DNA of 64,000 nt from Eledone cirrhosa (taxonomy: Eukaryota). Each line of letters starts with the position of its first letter. The first letter of the stretch is position 1. The DNA is taken from assembly GCA_964016885.1 (NCBI GenBank), contig OZ024741.1:27838001-27902000 (forward strand). The letters are read 5' to 3'. The translations under genes were made by a program, and so were the position numbers. Under the pieces are notes generated by a model. That model saw only the letters and a list, made by a program, of their open reading frames with translations. It ran no database searches and was not told the origin of the DNA. Shown here piece after piece: positions 30,142 through 41,785 of this stretch.

Positions 30142-30265
30142 ATGTACGTATGGGTTATATCGAACATTAATAATAATGTCTGATTCGTTTGTAAACAAAT
30201 TGGGCTGTTTGTTTACAAACGAATTAAACATTATTATTAATGTTCGATATAACCCATACGTACAT
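30142..30265. repeat. About 124-bp palindrome (MITE-like)
   Basis: ATGTACGTATGGGTTATATCGAACATTAATAATAATGT is inverted at the right end. A single arm recurs at 55950-56015. Confidence 0.88.
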
Positions 30266-30309
30266 ATTGTATGTATGTATGTATATATATATATATATAT
30301 AATTGTTAT

Positions 30310-31166
30310 GCCCGGGTAAACATGATAAGAGAAGACAGGTAAAAGAGAAAATGACTGTATTGGATGTTTGTCTGGTTACAGTATGAGGCGAGTCCGTGGT
30401 GTCTGTGTGATACAAAAAACAGTAAAAAAAAACTTCCAGATATACCAGATTCTTCGTTGTACCATTTGTGCATAGTATATGCTCCCACCTAGAATAGTGA
30501 CCTCTAGGAGATGGTTCATCTTCTGCCTGACTGTAAAACGTGTATCATTGCATAGACGTGGTTGTTCCACGTTTCTCAAAAGGATGATGGAAGTTCCAAT
30601 CTTTTATATTATATGTAGATATAGATATAGATAATTAATATAAAAGATGTCCGTCAATGTAAAAAAGGTCCCTATTTACTTGAAATGGTTTATACAAATA
30701 CCAAATTAATATGGATATGGATAACATGTTTATCTAATTTACTCCCTTCACAACGCCACACGTACACACACATACACACATGGAAACGTGCACACACACG
30801 CAAACTTACACACGCACCCGTGCACTTACACGCACACATGTTGATAGTTTTTACTTTGTGGAACGCTGCACGCACACACAAACATACGCGCATGTACATA
30901 CACACGCACACGTTAATAGTTATTGCTTTCCTTCCCCTCTTATTTCCACACACACGTCTCTACACTGACACATATACATACATAGTGTATCCAACACTTT
31001 GCCTCTCTGTTTCTTACACTCCCCTCTCATTCCCTCATTGGCATTATGCATATTAATTTAAGTTTGGCGTTGTTGAGGTGGGCGGAGTCGTTTGAAACCT
31101 ATGAACCAATGATAATCGAGAATTATGACACACAGAATACTGACATTGTTGAAATTAATATATAGA
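30310..31166 (-). mobile_element. Non-autonomous Helitron, copy A (3' end clipped)
   Basis: 5' TCTATATATTAATTTCAACAATG on the minus strand. Both ends match copy B. The sequence stops within the subterminal hairpin (ACCCGGGC). Confidence 0.8.
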
Positions 31167-32068
31167 CTAGCTGATGTACCCAGCTTCGCCCAGGTAAACA
31201 GATGATAAGAGAAGACAGGTAAAAGAGAAAATGACTGTATTGGATGTTTGTCAGGTTACAGTATGAGGTGAGTCTGTGGTGACTGTGTGATACAAAAAAC
31301 AGTAAAAAAAATCTTACAGATATACCAGATTCTTCGTATATGAACAATTATAGGTGCTCCCACTTAGAATATATGTATATGAACAATTCCCACCTAGAAT
31401 AGAAGTATATGAACAATTCTAGGTGCTCCCACCTAGAATTGTGACCTCTAGGAGATGGTTCATCTGCCTGACTGTAAAACGTGTATCATTGCATAGACGT
31501 GGTTGTTCCACGTTTCTCAAAAGGATGATGGAAGTTCCAATCTTTTATATTATATGTAGATATAGATATAGATAATTAATATAAAAGATGATGCTCAGCC
31601 AGTTCGTCTTCAACCATCGCAGCACGCCGTCGTTGCTTGGCTCCAGTGTTTCGTTGGTGTTGTTCAGTCAGCTCCTCTTCATTCATGGCGGCATGTCTTC
31701 GCCTCTGAAGTTCGGCGTTCCGATGGTGCTGTTCGGCCCGTTTTTCTTCATTCCTGGCTGCACGCCGTCGCCGCTGTTGTTCACTGTTTGATAAAGTCGA
31801 ATTGCTTTTACTTTGTGGAACGCTGCACGCACGCACACACACATAAACATACACGCACGCACATACACACGCACACATGGTAATAGTTACAGCGTTCACT
31901 TTGCTTCTCTGTTTCTTACTCTCCCCTCTCACTCCCTCATTGGCATTATGCATATTAATTTAAGTTTGGCGTCGTTGAGGTGGGCGGAGTCGTTTGAAAC
32001 CTATGAACCAATGATAATTGAGAATTATGACACACGGAATACTGACATTGTTGAAATTAATATATAGA
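31167..32068 (-). mobile_element. Non-autonomous Helitron, copy B (complete termini)
   Basis: 5' TC start, and a 3' hairpin ACCTGGGCGAAGCTGGGT followed by CAGCTAG. An internal segment encodes R/E/Q-rich repeats (QRRRRAARNEE..) like the N-termini of Helitron RepHel proteins. Confidence 0.85.
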
Positions 32069-32079
32069 TATATATATGT

Positions 32080-32410
32080 GGAGGCACATGGCTTAGTGGT
32101 TAGAGCATTGGCCTTGCAATCGAAAGGTTGTGAGTTCAATTCTCAGACCGGGTGATGTGTTGTTTCCTTGAGCAAGACACTTTATTTCACATTGCTCCAG
32201 TTTACTCAGCTGTGGAAATGAGATGATAGGGACTGGGGTCCCTATCATTCCACTGCAAAGTGGTCGTGGAGGTGCCATGGAAAAAAAGCACCCAGCACTC
32301 ACTGGAAATGAGGTTGGTGTTAGGAAGGGCATCCAGCTGTAGAAATCAAGCCTGAATCAGTTCCCGTCCCACCCTTGCAAGCAGGGAAAAGCGGACGTAA
32401 AATGAAATGA
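32080..32410 (+). mobile_element. Young tRNA-derived SINE with an RTE-type 3' tail
   Basis: A box TGGCTTAGTGG, B box GAGTTCAATTC, a CCTTGAGCAAGACACTTT segment, and the tail GGTTGGTGTTAGGAAGGGCATCCAGC shared with the RTE 3' UTR at 28795. Confidence 0.85.
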
Positions 32411-32559
32411 TATATGTGTGTGTGTGTGTATATATATATGTGTGTGTGCGTGTGCGTGTGCGTGTAAACTCGGAGTAGTGTGAGTGAATTAACAGCTGTT
32501 TATATAATATAAATATATATATAAAGTATGCACACGTACACATATATATACATATATAT

Positions 32560-32995
32560 AATGTTGCTATGCCAGTCATTTGGTATGACCCTATTCTGTA
32601 TTACTTGGTTTACTATCCGGGTGACCATAGTATGTCCCACCATTCCAGATGCTTTCAACATCTCAGCAACTATCTTCAAAGACCCAGATGCCTTGCCTGT
32701 CTTTATATCTTTGATTGCCTTACTTATTATACTACCATTAACTTGCACAGCTGGTCCCTCTATTGGATCGATTTGGGGCAATTCTCCTCATTTAGTAATC
32801 TCGTAGTGACACTTCCAAGCTACCTTCTTATCAGTATCAGTGAGGGCAAGTACACCATCATCATTACAGACACACTTCTCCTCGACAATATCATGGTTTT
32901 CCTTGACACATTGTCTTGCGATCCTGAACACCTCACGTTTTTGGTCCTCGCGTTGTAGAACATGCTTGAACATTCTATCCTCTGCTTCCCTTCCT
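32560..32995 (-). pseudogene. RTE-clade LINE internal fragment (linker and start of RT)
   Basis: Reads EVFRIARQ..DIVEEKCV.NDDG..AWKCHYE and KAIKDIKTGKASG..IVAEMLK..IPNDW. Confidence 0.8.
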
Positions 32996-32997
32996 TT

Positions 32998-33252
32998 ATA
33001 TATATATATATATATACATACATACATACATACATATAATTATATATACATATGATTAAACACACACACATGTATACATAAACACACACACATACATATA
33101 TGTATACATAAACACACACACATACATATATATATATATAAACACACACATATATATATATATATATAAACACACACATATATATATATATATAAACACA
33201 CACATATATATATATATATAAACACACACATATATATATATACACATACACA
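32998..33252. repeat. Compound (TA)n/(CA)n microsatellite
   Basis: Direct inspection of the sequence. Confidence 0.95.
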
Positions 33253-33582
33253 TTTACAATGGCATCACTAGATTTAAAGAAAAGAGTATATTAATGATTC
33301 AACAGTAATTCAATTCTATTCACTCCATCTCTTAGAATTCAAACAATATCAATAGAAAGAGAATTGTTAATATTTTATGCGATGTAAGTTTAAAGAGGAG
33401 AATTTTAAATTACCCTAATACAGTTATTGAGAGTGTCATTAAAACCACACAAAAATTACTTATTTTAATGAACATTTAACTATTTTTATACCAACTTGAC
33501 TAAAACCAGCTCCAGTTCTATGAAACAAAACCACTCATTATAAAGTGCTCATATTTAAATAAAAATCTTCAAACATAATTTT

Positions 33583-34710
33583 ACCAGATATAGAAAAATG
33601 CGTACAGCAAAAAAAAGTAATATTGTTGGAATATAAACCTTTAAAAATACAGGACAAGAAACTAAAATAAAACTTTAAAAGAATAGGACAAGAAACTAAG
33701 ATAAAACTTTAAAAGAATAGGACAAGAAACTAAGATAAAACTTTAAAGAATTGGACAAGAAATAAATAAAAAATTTTATAATAATATTAGTGGCAAAATG
33801 TTTATTGGTAAAAAGTCGAGTTCCACATTCATAGGCTCTGGGTTCCACATTCAGAGGTCGTCGTCAGACCGGGGGGATCATTTGATCCTGGTTTGAACAC
33901 CAATTGGGCCATAACCATACCCCTATTTCATCATTCGGCGACACACCTCATGTGTCATGCATAATGTGAATGGACCCATGAGCACAGATCTTGAGCAGCA
34001 GCGGACGGTCTTGTCGTCCCGCTCATCCTTGATCTTGACCAACCCGTCCATCTTCTCCTTGCATCTTGTCCTTGAGTTCAAGTCCGGCAGTCCAGATGAA
34101 TGCGTGCCACAGCTTTCTGGTACAGGAAGGGGGAGCAGGAGGACTGGAGGCATGACGGGACAGAGGGAGGGAGGACCGGTGGTTGAGGGAGGTGCCGTAG
34201 TCGGTGGTCAGAGTCGACATCTTGTCCCGGTCGTCTTCTCCATCTTCGTCTGGTGTTGCGGGACCAGAAGTGCATTCTTGGAGGAGACCTGCAGCTGCAT
34301 CGGCCAATTCTTCTTGCAATGGTCATTCTGACGGAGCAGAACTGCTCAGCCAACCAACCCCAACCAACCGCTCAGGGGCAACGCACAATGAGAACATGAC
34401 AATTATTATGCACTAATCAAGAAGATACTGGGGCATAGCACAGGAACCGAATAAAAAATTTTTGCCACTAATATTATTGTAAAATTTTTTATTTCTTATC
34501 CAATTCTTTAAAGTTTTATCTTAGTTTCTTGTCCTATTCTTTTAAAGTTTTATCTTAGTTTCTTGTCCTATTCTTTTAAAGTTTTATCTTAGTTTCTTGT
34601 CCTATTCTTTTAAAGTTTTATTTTAGTTTCTTGTCCTGTATTTTTAAAGGTTTATATTCCAACAATATTACTTTTTTTTGCTGTACGCATTTTTCTATAT
34701 CTGGTCTACT
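33583..34710. mobile_element. Unclassified element with about 230-260-bp terminal inverted repeats containing 34-bp tandem units and a GC-rich core
   Basis: ACCAGATATAGAAAAATGCGTACAGC.. at 33583 is inverted exactly at 34705. The unit AGGACAAGAAACTAAGATAAAACTTTAAAAGAAT is repeated in both arms. The core (33810-34447) holds broken ORFs. Confidence 0.85.
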
Positions 34711-35271
34711 ATTTTTTAAGGCAATGCAAGCAACAACTATCTAATAATTAAATGATCATAGTGAATTACTGACAAGTGATTGACATTTTAAAGTTCTTTT
34801 GAGTATAATTGCAATCTAGTTGAGGCAACTGGCTTAATGACAAAGCTACGTCATTTCTGGATTACCTCCCCTAGCGTCACGCTTACTACTCACTCACTTG
34901 AACACAAGATTTATCAGCAAACTTTGATTATAAACTTTTTCCCGCTGGACCAAATTTCTAGATTTTTAAGCCAAAAGATGCGTAATGATCTACTGTTCAT
35001 GCTCATATAAGTTTTATCTCAGTTAAATAAAGTAGAGGCGCGCTGTACTGTCGTAAACAGACGATTGCCAATGAAAACACGACCACAACAATATTACTAA
35101 ACGGACTACCGTCCGTTTAGGATCCAAGAACCATATGTTAAGCTATTGCCTTGGTAATGAAATATTTCATAATTTTAATAAAACCTTCAAGAGTCTTCAT
35201 TAATTTCATTAGAAATATGCTCACAAAAGAGTTAAAGTAGTATTTATTTTCAATAAAATGAAATATGCGTT

Positions 35272-35508
35272 TTAACCCTTTCATTACCATATTACTAATG
35301 AAATACACAGCTTATAATTTTCAAACCAAGAATTTTAGGGGATTTAGGAAACTATCTTTCTTATTACGCTGGCACTTGGAACATAATTAAAAGATTCTTA
35401 TGTAAAATGATGATGGAAAATGTTTTGTTAAATATAAGCACTTTAAAAAGAATAGTTTTGTATAGTAGAACCAGGGTGGGGTCAGGCAGTTTGGTATTAA
35501 AAGAGTCA
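35272..35508 (+). mobile_element. piggyBac-type MITE
   Basis: Starts TTAA|CCCTTTCATTACC and has a degenerate right end (GGTATTAAAAGAGTCA). Confidence 0.7.
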
Positions 35509-35704
35509 TGTTAGCATGTGGATGAAGACTTGTGTTCAGAAATTCTTGAAAGAGGTGTGGGATCACTGTATCAGCACAGTTGGCCATTTAGTTAAGATTT
35601 GTTCAAATGATAAAATCCTGCATTGAAAGGGTCCTCTAAATTTTGAATAAAGGCACACAACACCGATTTTTCATCACACTTATTTGTTTTGTTGAACTAT
35701 ATAA

Positions 35705-35885
35705 CCGTTTCTACTTTTGGCGCAAGGCCAGCAATTATCCCAGTGCATTACTGGTATTTTATTTTATCGATCCCGTAAGGATGAAAGGCAAAGTTGACCT
35801 CGGCGGGAATTGAACTGATAATAAAGGCCCATAATTCTATGCTGCAAAGCATGGCGTCCAACACTCTACCAATACTGCCAATCCA
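35705..35885 (-). mobile_element. tRNA-derived SINE of the GGGGTCGATAAAATAAGTACCAG family
   Basis: Closely similar to 59517-59695, and to 61885-62085 on the opposite strand. Confidence 0.75.
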
Positions 35886-36410
35886 CAAAGTTGGAAACAC
35901 CCTCTCCACCCCTCAACTATAATGAGATACAACAGGCATGGGAAACCTTTTTTGACCAGTGGGCTACAGAGGATCTATCTCATCATATGGTGGACCACAC
36001 TACTAAAAAATTCAAGGGAGTTTTGAAATTAGGCGTGCTATTCAGGAAGCCAAAAGAGCCACAGTTTGCCCGTGACTGATATAAAGGCAAAAATGTTTAA
36101 AATGTTATCTAATGTCATGCAGCAGTATCCTCTTAATATGAATTAACTAGTCTGGGGTGTTGTTGTGGAGAATTCAAATGTCTACCAATGATTATATCTA
36201 AATAGAGAGGTACCAGGTCACGAGTTGTCAGAAAATTGATGTTGTACCTGGATTTCTTTAAATGATTCTTTCCTTGTCAACCGTGTGATAGTGAAAAAAT
36301 TGTGGCCATGATGTGAATCTCATTTTCTTTAGAGAGTGAGAGTGGATGAGAAAGAAAGACAATGAGGTGGTGAAAAAATTGTTGTGGCCATGATGTGAAT
36401 CATATTTTCT

Positions 36411-36650
36411 TTAAGCCGTTCATGACTACATTTCTAATGAAATACACCCTATTTCAATTAATTAATGAAGAATTTTGAGGGATTTACTAAAATTATTAAT
36501 TACCTCATTACTAAAATAGTGACTTAATGTAAAGTTATTTTATAAAATTGTGCTGGAAGATTTTAATTTAAATTGGAAACTTTTAAAATGGGGAGTTTTA
36601 TTTCATAGAACTAGAGCTGGTTTTGGCTGGGTTGGTAACAAAAGGGTTAG
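36411..36650 (+). mobile_element. piggyBac-type MITE inserted into one copy of a local ~80-bp duplication
   Basis: TTAA|GCCGTTCATG ... CAAAAGGG|TTAG. The empty site TTTTCTTTAGAGAGTGAGAG is at 36323-36342. Confidence 0.85.
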
Positions 36651-37482
36651 AGAATGAGAGTGGGTGAGAAAAAAAGTCATTGAAGAGAAATCAACCCCAA
36701 ATTTTTGATTGGCAGCTTCACCCAAAAGGATGAACGCCAAAGTTGGCCTTGACAGAATTTGAACTCAGAGCTCAAGATAGCTAGAATGAGTTTGGCAAAA
36801 TATTCCATCCAACACCCAAATGACTGCCAATATTCGCTACCTATATTTTAACTATAATAACCTGCTTTGAAAGGCTTCACTAAATTTATATTAGATTCTC
36901 AATTTTTAAAATGATTGCAATGTGTTGAAAAATAATTAATTAGTCTTATCATTTGGCAAACTACTTAAAAATTTAAGTATAAGATCTATTCCTCTGTATC
37001 TCTCTCTCACACGTTCTCTCATATATGTGTGTGCACGCGAGTGTAGACGTGTGTATATCTCTCAAACGTTTTGCATTTCTGTTTTTATTCATCCTCAAAA
37101 ACTTAATAGTACTAATTTTTGCTTGTCTCTGTATATATCCTCATATCCCACCTCTCTCTAAGTAATCAATAGTTAAAATATTTAACCTAATTTCTTATAA
37201 AATATTCATTACTGTAGTGATAATGGTAGCTATACTATCTATTACGGAATCATGTTCCTCAGCCTCTCTAACAAAGCATGAGCCTCTCCACATTCACTCA
37301 ACCAGTTAGAAATAGTCTTCATATATATATGCATGCAGGTTTGTGTGTATGTATGCATATATACATACATGATGGACTTCATAGTTACCATCTACCCAAC
37401 TCAATTTCAACAGTGGTTGGACTAGAACTATAAAAAACACTTGCTCAAGGTGCCAAGACTACATGCTTGCAAAGCAAACTTC

Positions 37483-37855
37483 TTAACCTCCCCTGGTTCT
37501 ATGATACTGAGCTGTGTATTTTAAAGTATCTATTCCTATCTAAAAACCTTCCATCATAATTTTATGTAAGAAGCTTTAAGTTATGCCCCAAACACCAACT
37601 TAATAATGAGAAAGTTAAGCTTTATTACTACATCTTTCCAAATCTTTTATTATTTCTAAAATGATTTGAAAATTAAAAGCTGTGCTTTTCATTAAAAACA
37701 TGGAAAGGAAAGGGTTAAATTATGTTCCAAAAAACCAGCTTAACGATTAGAAATATAATTATATTACTAAATCCCTCAAAATTCTTCATTATTTTCAAAA
37801 TGATTTGAAAATTATTAGTGTTTTTTCATTAGAAATATGGTACCAAAAGTGTTAA
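37483..37855 (-). mobile_element. piggyBac-type MITE plus a tandem partial copy
   Basis: TTAACCTCCC ... GGAAAGGG|TTAA at 37718, with a second partial copy ending AAAAGTGTTAA at 37855. Confidence 0.7.
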
Positions 37856-38949
37856 GCAGACAACAATGTCAGTGATTATCTGCAGCTGTTTAATATTGGA
37901 TTTGATGTGTTAGATACTATTATTCCTCTCTAAAAATCTGTTACATTTCAATCCAGCTCAACAAAACCAAGCTCCACAGCTGCTACAATAAATGTATTAT
38001 TGATGAAGATTTTACTCTTCAAATATCTGTTTTTATATCTTATTCCACTAAGATCGATAAAATAAAGAACCAGCTGAAGGCAGTAGATTGGCAGAGTTAT
38101 TAGACCCTCAATATTTGGTATTTGTTGCAGCAGGCCTACAATCTTTGTTTATAGGTTTGCTAGATCACAATGGACATCAGTAACAACACTATCAATAAAA
38201 AAAAGTCATTTATTTTTGGAGGCATTTACATTTTATGGACACAGTCCACCTAGTACAGTGAGCAGCAGAAGTACTGTGTAACTGACAATTATTTAGGTCA
38301 TTGCCCCTGCCCTTAACTCCCATCATAGCTTTCCCTAATCTCCAGCCTGGCCGAGGACACGGGGAGCACTCTATTGTTGTAAAATGCCAGTGCTGATGCC
38401 ACAATGAAATGCTCCAAACATGTTCTCTAAAGTGGTAATGCTGGTGTCATGATAAAAAGCATAGTCCCCTCTGTGGATGCCTTTTACCATAGCACCAATA
38501 CATACACAAATATATATATATATATATATATTTGTGTGTGTATTGGTGCTATGGTAAAATTTCATAGAAATCAAAAGTTATAGGTAAAAAGTAAAAGTGA
38601 AAAAGTACAGAAGTATATTTTAAATAATTTTCTTCTTTAATCTGACAGAATGAATATTTTTTATAGTTGTTACATTAACTGAATTTAAATTTTGTCAAAT
38701 ATTACTGGTTTCAATTGGTATCTTATCAAATATTAAAAAAAAGTTTGTTGCCATATTCTGAGGGCAGTTAGACGATATGTGAATCTTTTGTCAAAATTTC
38801 TTCATATGTTCTTTATCAAAGTGGGAATCTTACAAAAACCTCCTAAAACTCTGGAAACAAGACTACAAGAATGCAGAACTTATATCATGGCAATGATAGG
38901 AAAAAAGTGAAAATTGGTTCCTTAAATATGAAGAGGAATTTAAGAAAAT

Positions 38950-39289
38950 AATGATGGACAAAGCTTCAAAATAAAAGAAAATTTCACTTGCAACTCAGAA
39001 AATGTAATGTGAAAAAGTCTATGTGATTATATGCTGTGGGTGTCTGCAAAATTACATAGGATAGACTGGAGTATCATTATGCAAAAGAATTACCATACAT
39101 TGCTAACAAATCCGTGATGAAAACACAAGACAAATCCCGTTAAGTAGACATATTGCATTATGTGCTGGATTAGACATACCCAACTTCAAAATGTTCCCAC
39201 TCTACAAATGCTCAGACTCCTTCACACAACAACAGAGAATAAATAAAAACAATTCATTAAAAAAATACAAACTACAATTAAATATGTAA
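38950..39289 (+). pseudogene. Penelope-like element GIY-YIG endonuclease remnant
   Basis: Manual translation FKIKENFTCNSENV / VYVIICCGCLQNYIG*TGVSLCKRITIHC*QIR..IPLSRHIALC..FKMFPLYK..KYKLQLN. This shows the VY..CxxC..YIGxT..R..H..H pattern with stops and a frameshift. Confidence 0.8.
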
Positions 39290-39554
39290 TTGTCCCCTAT
39301 TAGACAATGCCCAGGGTTCTATAGAGGGCAATAACCAATTTACACACACATGTAAACAAACACAGAGAAAGAGATAAAGGGGAAAATCATAATCCCAAGG
39401 AAACCTCTACTAAAAAAATTCATTTTTCCCTTTTTTTTTTTCAGAACCCATTTTTTGTACTCCCCCTACTGCCTATATTTGTATTTATATTTTTTTTTAC
39501 TTCCCTTATTCTTGTTTTTATCTGTGAACCATAAAAATAATTTTTAGTGTTACT

Positions 39555-41785
39555 ACTGACTCTGATCATGCTATGATCATTGTCAATCTATCCCTCATGG
39601 GCAGTAACAAAAACCACAACCATCTCCAAACTGCTCACTTTGACTGGTAAAGCAGACTGGAACTGTTACTGCACCGAGTTGCAATGTCCAAACTGACTTG
39701 AGTTCTACGACTCTGGAGATGTCAACACTGTACTCCAGAACATCCTGAGCTCAATATGGACAGCATGTGCAGCATCGGTGCCACGTAAGCAGAAAAATCA
39801 TCCCAAAAGTGCAATTTGGGAATGCGCAGAGCTCATTGCTGAATGCTATGCAGGCATTTTCACTATTGAAGACCAGAGTGTACCGTCTCCACCACTTCTG
39901 ACATTGGATTCTATTACAACTATGGAATTTACACCTGCAATGCTGTGACATCACCTTAAAAATAAACACAAGCATGCCTCTCCTGGTCTTGATAGTGCTA
40001 CATACCTGCTTCTCAAAAGTGATGGGTACTTCCTTCTGCACCAGCTATCACACTTCTTCCAATTCTGTCTGAACAACGGTGCTACTCCAGAACAGTGGAA
40101 AACTGCCAGTGTCATTCCTCTGTTCAAAAAGGGCGACCACACATCACCTGTGAACTATCGTCCAGTCAGTCTTACTAGCTGCATTGCCAAACTGATGGAA
40201 TCCTGTGTCAGAGAAACACTTTGGAACTTCTGGAACTATGTCTTATCCGGCCCTCGCAATCTGGATTTATCCCTAACTCCAGCTGCTGTGATCAACTTAT
40301 CGAGTTTCTTGAAGACATCACCTGGATCACTGATGGCGGCTCATGGGTGGATGTTGTTTACCTTGAGTTTGCTAAAGCTTTCAATTCTATACCACACAAA
40401 AGACTTATGGCAAAGCTCTCTGCAATGGGTGTAAAGGATGATCTTTTTAATTGGTTGAAGTCCTTCATTCCCAATCGAAGAGAGGTAGTCACGGTTCTAG
40501 GACAGCATTCCTCACCATATGAGATTTCATCTGGTGTACCACAGGAATCTGTTCTTGGCCCCCTTTTGTTTGTGGCATATATTAATAACATAGATGCCAA
40601 CTTAAAGAATGCCACAGTACTGAAATATGATGCAAACGACATCAAGCTGTACCTTAAGATAAAAAGGACAGATCCTGAACACTATAGATCTTGCCTGCAA
40701 TCTGACCTGGACACAATGCAACAATGGATCACAGACTGGCAACTGTACCACCATGCATTTTGGGAGTAAAGACCCAGCGTCCACATACTCCCTCCACAAC
40801 ACTAATATCAAGAAGTCTTCTTGTGAACGTGACCTGGGCATTATGGTCAGCAGCGATTTACGTTAGACGAAGCACGTCTCTAAAATTGTCAAGAAGGCCG
40901 AGGGTGTCTTAGCATCACTCAGCAAGACCTTTGTCAGCCGCACTCCAGCTATCTATTTAAAGCTGTATATAGCTGTGGTGCGGCCATACTTAGAATTTGC
41001 ATCACCAGTCTGGAACCCCTATCTTGCTCAGAACATTGACCGACTGGAAACTGTTTGAGACGTGCAACCAAGCGAATACCCTCCATCAGGCATCTACCAT
41101 ACTCTGAATGCCTTGCTTCCCTGGGCATGGATACATTGAAACTCCGACGTCTGGCAACTGACTTGGTAAACACCCACAAAATTATTAACCATCTTGCCAA
41201 CAACAGCCCTGAGTACCTTTTTGATTTCCATGTGTCTAACACACGTGGGCATGCCCACAAAGTCAGAAAACAGCACAGCTCCCATGACTTTCGGAAACAT
41301 TTTTTCACGCTCAGAGTTGCTGAAGCATGGAACAAACTACCTGCATCAGTTATTAGCTGTCGAGACACTGCATCCTTTAACCCTTTAATGTTCAAACCGG
41401 CCAAAACTGGCCAGAATTCCCTACCTCTTTCTCTTCAAACTGGCTGTAACTGGTCACTCAAACTGATGTTAAGGTATTGTTCTTAAAATAAATAATATCA
41501 AAATCTCATAGATTCGACATTATGTGAGGTAAAGCCTTTACCATGAAAATATAATAGTATATATAGAATAATGTGAATGCTAAAGGGTTAAAACCTCCAT
41601 GCTTCCTGAGATTCGCCAACACTACACCTAATATTCCCCCTCCATACACACACACACATGTATATCATGACTCATACACTATTCACTTCCCTGACATTTG
41701 TATATTATTCTATGTACTATACATGCACCTTTGACAAGTTGTAGTGCACCTGAGCACTATACACAATATTATTATTATTATTATA
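39555..41785 (+). pseudogene. CR1-like LINE (RT fragment, C-terminus, 3' UTR and (ATT)n tail)
   Basis: Motifs SDH, PGLD, PEQWKTASVIPLFKKGD, NYRPVSLTS, DVVYLEFAKAFNSIPH, SGVPQESVLGPLLF, RGH..K and FFTLRVAEAWNKLP, with frameshifts and a disrupted YADD. Confidence 0.9.
41377..41591. mobile_element. piggyBac-type MITE (second subfamily) inserted in the CR1 3' end
   Basis: TTAA|CCCTTTAATGTTCA ... TGAATGCTAAAGGG|TTAA. The uninterrupted LINE sequence is visible at 24411-24440. Confidence 0.88.

Noticed and set aside
32080-32150. tRNA gene
   Set aside because: A and B boxes are present, but there is no acceptor stem and the sequence continues into a SINE body found three times in the window.
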